Assembly (NCBI GenBank): GCA_049967475.1
Contig: JBMFSQ010000015.1
Location: 22,465 to 86,464, forward strand
Reading direction: 5' to 3'
Source of the DNA: Chthonomonadales bacterium
GTDB taxonomy: Bacteria; Armatimonadota; Chthonomonadetes; Chthonomonadales; CAJBBX01
Length of the DNA: 64,000 bases
Part shown: positions 8,319 to 15,682 of the stretch, in pieces
Position numbering within the stretch: position 1 is the first letter of the stretch
Layout of the letters: each line of letters starts with the position of its first letter
Position numbers and translations under genes: made by a program
Notes under the pieces: model-generated
Databases searched by the model: none
What the model saw: only the letters and a program-made list of their open reading frames with translations
What the model was told of the DNA's origin: nothing

Positions 8319-10439
8319 TCAGGGCGATGGGGGCGAGGCCCCTTCCCGCTTAAGCCGCTCCAGTTCCAATGGATGCTCCTCGGCCATCTCTTCTTCCGAG
8401 AGGGTGCCGTGGAGCCAGGCAAGGTTCATGGGGTACACATCGGGATTGAAGATGACAAAGTAAATGTGCCATACGAGGATGGCAAGGACGGCCATCCATG
8501 CTTCGTAGAAATGGATGGTGCTGGAAATATCCCATCCGAGCTTCGTTACATAGCGCAGGAAGAAGTCCTCGAACCACATGATGAGGCCCGTGCTTCCCAT
8601 GATCACCGTGCCCCACACAAGGGCCCAGTACTCGCTCTTCTCTACATAAGAGAAGCGGTCCAGAGGCGGCTTATTGGGTGAAAGGCCGAGATTGTATTTC
8701 GCCATGGCGAGTGCGTCCACGAAGTCCTGTCTTCGGGGGAGGAGGTCGCGGAACAGCTCCCGCCCGCGTTGTGTGGCCGTCAGGTAGTAGATGTGATAAA
8801 GGCCGGTGAACAACAGGGTGGCGCCTGCCGCTCTATGGAGCGTACCTCTCAATTGATACACATGACCCAAGATGCGGCGCGACCAGTCTACCCACCACGC
8901 ATCGGGATAGACGAGCATGAAGCCCGTTATTGCAAGTGTGACGAAGCTGATTATGAGCACTGCGTGTTGCAGGCGCTCGTTAAGCGTCATACGAAGGTAA
9001 AGACCATGGCCGGCTTCGAGAGGAGGGATCACTCCCCGCCTGCGGCCTAAGTGTACCTTGGCCTTGCGGATGAAGTCCGCTATGTTGTGCAGGAACATGC
9101 CTCCGATAACTGAGGCGATGAGGACGAGGTATGCGGTGGAGATCCAGTAGAGCACGGGCGCCTTGCGCTCGGTAACCAGCACATGGACGGGACCTTGTAC
9201 GAAGCGCGCGTTTGCGCCGGGGTGGCACTTTCCGCATGTTTGGACCAGGTTCGCTTTGTTGATGGTAGACCTTGGGTCACTGGAGGGCAGGATATTATGA
9301 ACTCCGTGGCAACTGGCACAGTTTGCGACATTGGTAGCTCCGTTCCGCAATGCAAGCCCGTGGTAGCTGTCTTCGAAGGTCTGGAAGCGGTCGCTGGGGA
9401 AGCCATAGCGTTCGGCCAATCGCACGGAGCTGTGGCAGGTAGAGCATACTTCTTCGGCTACATTCCTTGGTGCAACCGGCGACTTCGGATTGCTGGGAGG
9501 GAGGATGCTGTGTTCCCCGTGGCAGTCGGTGCATGTGGGGGCGTCCCGAGAACCCTTGGCGATGGCCGAGCCATGGATGGATGCTTTGTATTCCTGGGCG
9601 ATCTGGGTGTGGCACTTTCCGCAGGTGTCGGCCGTGTTTTGTTTGCTCAGGCGTGAAGCTGGGTCCGTACCTTTGCGCATGTTGTGGGCGCCGTGGCAAT
9701 CCACACAATTGGCTGCCCGAGCGTTGCCGCGGGCCAGGGCGCGGCCGTGGACGCTTGTTTCGTAGGCAGCAATGAAGCCCGCAGTGGGTGTTGTGTGCGC
9801 TCGCACCTGGGGATTGTCCAGGTGGCATGAGAGGCACTTCGCTGTTTGGGCCTGCTTGATGCGCAACAGGTCATGTCCGTCGGGAGAGGGTACGAGGTTC
9901 TCGATATGGCACGTAAGGCAGGAAGGCGCGGCAGGGATGTGCGATGCCAGCGCTTGGCCGTGGGCGGACGCTCGAAAGGAGGCAACAGTTTCTTTGTGGC
10001 AATTGGCGCATCCTCTGCCCCCATCAGCGTTGACATCGTGGGTTCCGTGGCATTCTTTGCAACCCGCCGACCTGTCCGTCTGTGTGGCATTGCTGAAGAT
10101 GAGCGCTTTGTGAATGGTATGGCGCGATGAAGCATCACTATGGCAATCGAGGCAGGCAACAGGCCGGATGGGGCTCGCATGTGGGATTTTATTGGCGTCG
10201 AAGCCGGAATGGCACATGACGCATTGAAGGTCTCGATGGGGGGAGTAATTTAGAATGGCGGCATTTACATAAAGCGACACCTTCCGCCCGCCACGGTTAG
10301 CGGTTAGGTTCGGATCTTGATGGCATCCAAGGCATTGGGCATTGTCTTGGGCGTGTGCCAATATGGCGGCTGCTGCCAGACCGAGCGTTGCCAGCACAAC
10401 AGGGGTCCCTTGTGCCCAATATTTCCATCTGCGCATCAT
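8319..10439 (-). CDS. CbcL-like protein: 13-heme periplasmic cytochrome c fused to an FdnI/HydC-type membrane diheme cytochrome b
   Basis: Signal peptide and 13 CxxCH motifs, then TM region with ERLQH, LHRAAG..YH, FSYVEKSEYWA.VWG and IHFYEA..VWH. Confidence 0.92.
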   Translation of the reverse strand: MMRRWKYWAQGTPVVLATLGLAAAAILAHAQDNAQCLGCHQDPNLTANRGGRKVSLYVNAAILNYSPHRDLQCVMCHSGFDANKIPHASPIRPVACLDCHSDASSRHTIHKALIFSNATQTDRSAGCKECHGTHDVNADGGRGCANCHKETVASFRASAHGQALASHIPAAPSCLTCHIENLVPSPDGHDLLRIKQAQTAKCLSCHLDNPQVRAHTTPTAGFIAAYETSVHGRALARGNARAANCVDCHGAHNMRKGTDPASRLSKQNTADTCGKCHTQIAQEYKASIHGSAIAKGSRDAPTCTDCHGEHSILPPSNPKSPVAPRNVAEEVCSTCHSSVRLAERYGFPSDRFQTFEDSYHGLALRNGATNVANCASCHGVHNILPSSDPRSTINKANLVQTCGKCHPGANARFVQGPVHVLVTERKAPVLYWISTAYLVLIASVIGGMFLHNIADFIRKAKVHLGRRRGVIPPLEAGHGLYLRMTLNERLQHAVLIISFVTLAITGFMLVYPDAWWVDWSRRILGHVYQLRGTLHRAAGATLLFTGLYHIYYLTATQRGRELFRDLLPRRQDFVDALAMAKYNLGLSPNKPPLDRFSYVEKSEYWALVWGTVIMGSTGLIMWFEDFFLRYVTKLGWDISSTIHFYEAWMAVLAILVWHIYFVIFNPDVYPMNLAWLHGTLSEEEMAEEHPLELERLKREGASPPSP

Positions 10440-10548
10440 AGGATCTGTGGCTGTAGGGCTAAAGGAGGTGGTTGAGGTATGCAGCAGAGTGGGCGGCGAG
10501 GATTGGGCGGGTTGCAGCTTTGCCGTACCCCGCCGCCATTGCTTTGCG

Positions 10549-10890
10549 TTACTTGCTCTTGGGATCTCCCGGCAGGGTCCCCTTCTTGATCTCGTTAATA
10601 TTCTTGACGCCGTCCTTGTCCGAATCCAGGTTCTCAACCTTCTTCAGGATCTCCGGCGTCAGCTTCTTGCTCTTAGCCGCAGTCAGGGCCTTCTTGATGT
10701 CTTCTCCATAGGGGTTCAGCTTGGGAGTATGCCCTACGTGGCAGGTCTCGCACGCTGCCTTATCCAAAGCCGAACCCTTGGGGATGTTCTTGTAGGTGCC
10801 CTTGAACACGGCGAGCATGGAGGGCACAGCTAGGGCTGCCGTAACCAGAAGCGTAAGGCCCATGGTCAGTGCGAAGCGGAAGGGTTTCAT
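10549..10890 (-). CDS. Small secreted monoheme cytochrome c with thrombospondin-3-like DxDxDG tail (paralog 1)
   Basis: Signal peptide, CETCH, PKLNPYG, LDSDKDGVKNINEIKKGTLPGDP; RBS ggagg. Confidence 0.85.
   Translation of the reverse strand: MKPFRFALTMGLTLLVTAALAVPSMLAVFKGTYKNIPKGSALDKAACETCHVGHTPKLNPYGEDIKKALTAAKSKKLTPEILKKVENLDSDKDGVKNINEIKKGTLPGDPKSK
10597..10644. repeat. 48-bp exact direct repeat (copy 1) in the 3' ends of the two monoheme cytochrome paralogs
   Basis: aatattcttgacgccgtccttgtccgaatccaggttctcaaccttctt also occurs at 14201-14248. Confidence 0.95.
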
Positions 10891-11027
10891 GGTAGCCTCC
10901 ATACTGGTTGAAGTATCGGGTGGGCACATCGCCATGGTCTTCGCGGTCTGCGGTCGCACGACATGCGCTTGCGCAGGGGAGATGCACCCAATAATGCAAG
11001 ATACCTGCCCGCTTGGAACGCGGCAAT

Positions 11028-11062
11028 AGGAAGTAAGCACTGCACGACGGGACTTGAGTACT
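11028..11062 (-). promoter_or_regulatory. Tandem DosR-box-like sites, 21 bp apart, upstream of cytochrome paralog 1 / cbcL-like genes
   Basis: GGGAC-ttga-GTACT (11049-11062) and AGGAA-gtaa-GCACT (11028-11041); candidate -10 TATCTT at 11003-10998. Confidence 0.5.
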
Positions 11063-11306
11063 ATTTCACAGACGGCGCCGAGTGCGTGGATATCTGAACT
11101 GAGATGGCTTGCGTGGGGCACTCACGGGCGCAAATGCGGCAACCGTTGCAACGGCTCGACATCCATGATGGGACCATGTCCTGCCCGCCGAAGGCAAGGG
11201 CGGCGGACGGGCAGACATCGGCGCAGACGGCACACGCGATGCACTGATCTTCTCGGATCGCCAGGTGTACGGAAACCGAGGGTTTAGAACTGGGATCCGC
11301 TGTCAT
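11061..11306 (-). CDS. 2x[4Fe-4S] ferredoxin
   Basis: CIACAVCADVCP and CNGCRICARECP motifs; ATGA overlap with the upstream membrane-protein gene. Confidence 0.9.
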   Translation of the reverse strand: MTADPSSKPSVSVHLAIREDQCIACAVCADVCPSAALAFGGQDMVPSWMSSRCNGCRICARECPTQAISVQISTHSAPSVK

Positions 11307-11977
11307 GGCTTTTGGGGATGGGAACTGGGATTCCCCCGCGATTGGGTTGTGGGCCGCGTTTTGAGGGTTTGGACTGCCGCGGCGATTGTGGCCCAGGCTG
11401 CAACGAGGGCGTTCAGCGGGGTGATGCAGCGGAAGGTGGTCTCGGCGAGGGCTGGGTTGAGATCGGAGCGAAGATGCATGAGGCCGGACCATGGGCCTGC
11501 AATGATGCCTCCGGTAAAGTATTCTTCTCCGGCTGCTTCCATGATAAAGGTGAAGCCGAACCACGCGCAGAAGGCAGCAACGGCAATCAAAGCAAAGGCA
11601 ACCCGCCATCCTGGCGTACCTGGAGTGCGGCCGTTGTGGAAGGCTCGGATCACGAGGGCGGCCCCCGAGAGGGCAAAGGCCAGGGGTATGAAGGGTAATC
11701 CGAGTTTGATATCGGCCATGATATCCAGGTTCGTTACGAACACGCCGATCAGGAAAACTACGAAGAGGAGGACATCGGGGGTGTAGTCAGCCAGCAGGTC
11801 CCAAACCTCGGATGCTACTCTCAGGGAAAGGCTCCTGCGGGCACCTTGCAGATATCCGCGTCCGGCGATGAGGGCCAGGATTACAAAGCACAGCAAGATT
11901 GCGCCGTCGGCCATGTTCTGCAGGGTCCAGATCTCCAGGCCTTTGCGCAATCCTGTTTCGATTTGTTCACTATTCAT
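11303..11977 (-). CDS. Uncharacterised multi-pass (~5 TM) membrane protein
   Basis: About five hydrophobic segments; RBS aggag; translationally coupled to the ferredoxin. Confidence 0.8.
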   Translation of the reverse strand: MNSEQIETGLRKGLEIWTLQNMADGAILLCFVILALIAGRGYLQGARRSLSLRVASEVWDLLADYTPDVLLFVVFLIGVFVTNLDIMADIKLGLPFIPLAFALSGAALVIRAFHNGRTPGTPGWRVAFALIAVAAFCAWFGFTFIMEAAGEEYFTGGIIAGPWSGLMHLRSDLNPALAETTFRCITPLNALVAAWATIAAAVQTLKTRPTTQSRGNPSSHPQKP

Positions 11978-12091
11978 GGGTCAAGCTCCTGGCCGGAAGG
12001 AAATCGGGGGTTTTCCAGGGGGCTCGGCGGAATTCCGATAGGTTCCGCTGGTTGATGATACCTGGTTTGCGCGATGCTTTGCGCGGCATTG

Positions 12092-12130
12092 ATGCATCGG
12101 GCCCCGCCGATTTGGCGAGACCCGATGCAT
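12092..12130. other. Long intergenic stem-loop downstream of the porin-cytochrome gene
   Basis: atgcatcggg...cccgatgcat outer stem with an inner cgcc/ggcg stem; no U-tract. Confidence 0.55.
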
Positions 12131-12165
12131 GAACAGGCCATTCCGGTTTGGGAACCAGGGCCGTC

Positions 12166-13476
12166 CTACCACATGAACCAGAACTGCATCCGCACCAAAT
12201 CCTGGTTCACGCCGGGGCTGGGGCGCGTGCCCACCCACTCCAGGTTTGTGCGGATGTTCTGCCCCAACATGTGTCCTACGCCCAGGGTGTACTGACGCAC
12301 GTTGCGGGCAGGGTTGCCGGGAAACGTTCCGGAACCGTATGGGGACTCATCGCTATGGAGTGTGTCGAAGCGGAAGTACGGCACGGTGTCGCTGTTGAGT
12401 ACGTACTGAGCTTCGATGAAGTAGGAGTTGACGTTGAAGGTCCCTCCGGTGCCTGTGAGAACGCCGCCGGACATGAGGGGCTTGTGGTGCGAGCCGTTCA
12501 TGTACCCGGCGAGGAGTTCGAATGCGTTGCGTTCTCCTAATGGGAGCCGCCAGTTTCCAAGCACCATGAGGCGGTCGAAGCTATCCGTAATGGTGCCTGC
12601 ATCATCCAAAGGCGTCTTGCCGGTGTAATAGAGAAGCTGCAAGGCGGATCCGGAATGCCCCAGCCATCGGATGTATTGGAAGAGCCAGTCGGGGCTGTTG
12701 ATTGGCCTGCCTTCGTCTCCGTGGCCTGTGGAGTTGAGGCCGTTGAGATAGGCTACGGTGAAATGGTTGTCTCCCGAAGTGTAGCCCAAGTCTATCCCAC
12801 GCTGGGTAGCATCTTGCGAGAAGGCGTTGATCTTCTGCCCAAACATAAGAGGCCGGCCGGTGCTTACGGGGCGATCGTTGGCCTTGTAGCCGTCTATTCC
12901 ACCGAAGCCGAACTGCCCCAGTTTGGTGGAGAAGTAGTTGCCGGGCCTTCCGGAATAGTACTTTACCGTGGCAAACTCCATCTCGAAGGCGCTCTCTCCC
13001 AAATCGAAGCGCTTGGCGGCGCTGTTGTAACCGGGAGCGTGCTCGAGCATCACGGGCTCAAGGAAGTATCCCCAATTGCGGTCCGCAGGGCCCGTGAAGA
13101 ACGCGATGATGCTGTTTACGTAGAACTGGGAGAAGCGCTTGGCGCCCTGGCGGGCGATATCGTCATAGCGCATCCGCGCCATGATGCTGACGGTGTCTGC
13201 GAAGTTTTAGCGGGTAACGCCCTGTTCGCCCTCGGTCTTCGTGCCGGGAATGAGCTTCTCGCCCATCTCGGAGGGCAGGCGGTAACCCAGGCGCCGGAAT
13301 TCCCAGCCCGTACGGTTGAGGCGGGGGTAGAGGGGTTCGTGACACGTCGAGCAGGGAACCCCCAACCGGTTCGAGTACGCAGGCACGGCGGATGCCGGCA
13401 TTTGTACTCCCATGCTTAGCAGCACCACAGCGCCGGCCGCGCAGGGAGCTGCTTGCAAGAGTGTCCTGATGCGCAT
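12166..13476 (-). pseudogene. cyc2: Cyc2-like outer-membrane monoheme cytochrome c / beta-barrel porin fusion (~436 codons), interrupted by an in-frame TAA at 13207-13209
   Basis: ORFs 13207..13506 and 12166..13182 are in frame (...EQGVTR*NFADTVSIMARMRY...). The N-terminus AVPAYSNRLGVPCSTCHEPLYPRLNRTGWEFRRLGYRLP fits the Cyc2 pattern AxPxF/Y..G..CxxCH..PxLN..G..F...GY. Amphipathic strands and a terminal aromatic (MQFWFMW); RBS aggagg. Confidence 0.75.
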
Positions 13477-13612
13477 TTCAAGATCCTCCTTGTTTTGATG
13501 TGTCATCTACGTGCGACAGCCGCACGGACATTTAGGCAACATTCCGAAACAATCCTGCATCAAGATTGTGGAACTCGGCGTGGATCCGTGGCCGGTTCCA
13601 GTACAATCCGAT

Positions 13613-14047
13613 TTATCGAACAACGAGCACAGGGCAGTGAGCGCGCTCGATGACGCCGTAGGACACGCTTCCGAGCCTGGCGGCCTGGCTCGTATTCAGA
13701 CCGCGGCTGCCCATGACGATGAGGTCGAAATCACGCGATTCGGCAATCTGGGCGATCACGCTCACAGGGTCGCCCACCTCACCGAGGATGTCGCAGGGGA
13801 CACCGGCATTTCGGATGATGGGAAGGGTCCGCTCCACGACAGCCAGGTGCATATCTCGCACGTACCGGTCTACTGCCGGGAGGGAGAGTGTCGGCGCGCC
13901 TGGGAAGGGCTCGCTGACTTCGGGGATCTGGCAGACGCTCAGCATGGTAAGCGCGGCATTAACGCTCTTGGCGAGTTCTGCTGCTACGCCTGCTGCTTTG
14001 ATGGCCCGATCCGATCCGTCGGAGCAAACCAGGATTTTCTTGAACAT
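13613..14047 (-). CDS. Universal stress protein (UspA family)
   Basis: KKILVCSDGS and DLIVMGSRG...LGSVS...CPVLVVR motifs. Confidence 0.95.
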   Translation of the reverse strand: MFKKILVCSDGSDRAIKAAGVAAELAKSVNAALTMLSVCQIPEVSEPFPGAPTLSLPAVDRYVRDMHLAVVERTLPIIRNAGVPCDILGEVGDPVSVIAQIAESRDFDLIVMGSRGLNTSQAARLGSVSYGVIERAHCPVLVVR

Positions 14048-14152
14048 CGCCTCTCCCCGTTGGCGCGTTGTTGAGGGGGTGCCTGTGCCCCGGTCCTGCG
14101 GTCTGCGAACAGAACCTGGGGCCGCCCTCCCCGAAGCGGTCCCAAGATCCCG

Positions 14153-14488
14153 CTACTTGCTCTTGGGATCCCCGGGTAGCGTCCCCTTGTTGATCTCGTC
14201 AATATTCTTGACGCCGTCCTTGTCCGAATCCAGGTTCTCAACCTTCTTGAGGACTTCCGGAGTGACCTTGTTGGTCTTGAGTTCCTTCATGGCCTTCTGG
14301 ATGTCCACGCCGAAGGGGTTGAGCTTGGGGACCTGGCTGTGGCATACTGCACAATTCGCCTTGGCGAGTGCAGAACCCTGCGGGATTTTGAACGTCTGCT
14401 TGAAGACGGTGTAGAAGCTCGGCATAGCCAGCGCCGCAGCCGATGCCAGCATCAACGAGATGGCCAGGGTACTTCGCAATGCTCTCAT
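14153..14488 (-). CDS. Small secreted monoheme cytochrome c with thrombospondin-3-like tail (paralog 2)
   Basis: Signal peptide, AMPSF..., CAVCH, PKLNPFG, LDSDKDGVKNIDEINKGTLPGDPKSK; RBS aggag. Confidence 0.85.
   Translation of the reverse strand: MRALRSTLAISLMLASAAALAMPSFYTVFKQTFKIPQGSALAKANCAVCHSQVPKLNPFGVDIQKAMKELKTNKVTPEVLKKVENLDSDKDGVKNIDEINKGTLPGDPKSK
14201..14248. repeat. 48-bp exact direct repeat (copy 2)
   Basis: Identical to 10597-10644. Confidence 0.95.
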
Positions 14489-14657
14489 GGAACCGCTCCT
14501 TCTCTCGAGTTGCATTCGCGTGACCCGGGCAGGGCCAGCACGGCACATCGGCTCTACCTGCAGTTGATGCCTTTGGGGCGCCAAAGGCTGCCATGCGCTT
14601 CACCCGGGGGCGGTCGGTGTTCTTCCAATCAGGAAGATGAAACATCGGCCGCTTTCC

Positions 14658-14730
14658 CTTTGTACAATACGGCACAAAGTGGCCGGGCATCAATGGGTAT
14701 TAGGAAACAGCGGGCAGTACCGGGGTACTG
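14658..14730 (-). promoter_or_regulatory. Candidate promoter/operators of the EET cluster
   Basis: Palindrome CAGTAC-cggg-GTACTG (14715-14730); TTGATG-N18-TATTGT on the minus strand; CTTTGT-N10-ACAAAG inverted repeat overlapping the -10. Confidence 0.5.
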
Positions 14731-14751
14731 ATGAAGGGGAACCGGGGACGC

Positions 14752-15567
14752 CTAGGCTTCGATCACGTTCTGGTCAATGGCATAAAGGGCTATTTGGGTG
14801 CGGTCTCCCAAGGCCAGCTTCTCCAGGATACTGGAGACATAGTTCTTGACCGTAGAGTACCCCAGGTGAAGTTCGTGGGCGATTTCCTTGTTGGACCGGC
14901 CTTGGGCGATGAGGGTCACTACTTGGCGTTCCCGCAGGGTGAGGCTCTCGACGCCGGACTTGGCGGGTGCTTCTCCTGGGCGGAGGGTGATGAGGTATTG
15001 CTGGGCCAACCGGGTAGCGGTGGGTAACTCCATCCAGTGCTGGCCTGCATGTACCGATCGGATGGCCTGCACGAGATACCGGAAGGAAGACTGTTTGCGT
15101 ACCACTCCGTGGGCCCCCATCTTGAGGGCAATTTGCAGGCAGTCGTCGGGTTCGGAGAAGGCTTGTGAAACGACGCGCAAGGGCTGGTGGGATGCGCTGT
15201 TCCAATGCGGGTTCAGGATGACGCACTGCTCTTCACGGCAATCCACGGTAACGATTACCCGTGTTTGGGGACTGATGGTGGGCAGAAGCCTCAGCGTCTC
15301 GAAAGCCGCCTGCTCGGGCAGGTGCACATCCACCAGCAGGACGTCGGGTTGCAGGTTTTCGATCTGCCTCACTGCAACCTGAGGATCGCTCCAGGTACCC
15401 ACACATTCCAGGTCTTCAGTGCCCGCGAAGAGGGCTGCGAGACCCTCCCGGATGAGGTCATGGCTGTCCAGCACTGCTACGCGAATACGGGTTGCTTGCC
15501 AGGAAGCGCCACCGGGCCCTTCGCCGTTCCCTGGGTGCTTCTCGTCGCCGTTGGACCGGTTTTGCAT
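14752..15567 (-). CDS. NarL/DosR-family response regulator (REC + LuxR HTH) with a ~28-aa insertion in the receiver domain
   Basis: PDVLLVDVHLP phospho-Asp; LTLRERQV..GRSNKEIA..STVKNYVSSIL..DRTQIA HTH. Confidence 0.92.
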   Translation of the reverse strand: MQNRSNGDEKHPGNGEGPGGASWQATRIRVAVLDSHDLIREGLAALFAGTEDLECVGTWSDPQVAVRQIENLQPDVLLVDVHLPEQAAFETLRLLPTISPQTRVIVTVDCREEQCVILNPHWNSASHQPLRVVSQAFSEPDDCLQIALKMGAHGVVRKQSSFRYLVQAIRSVHAGQHWMELPTATRLAQQYLITLRPGEAPAKSGVESLTLRERQVVTLIAQGRSNKEIAHELHLGYSTVKNYVSSILEKLALGDRTQIALYAIDQNVIEA

Positions 15568-15682
15568 AGGTTGTTCCTCTGGATCGCGAACCAGGAACGG
15601 AACCCCTGGGGCGCATTCCTGATGCGCGCGGCAGGAGCACCATTCCCTTTTATACCTACCCTATACTACCACAGAACCGGCT

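Noticed and set aside
8319..10637. Long N-terminal extensions in the ORF track (also 28337..30274, 33282..34811, 51249..53375, 11061..11609)
   Set aside because: They overlap other genes or promoters; internal starts with an RBS or a stop/start overlap fit better.
11981..12238. 85-aa ORF between the porin and the membrane protein
   Set aside because: Overlaps the porin 3' end out of frame, spans a hairpin and has no motifs.
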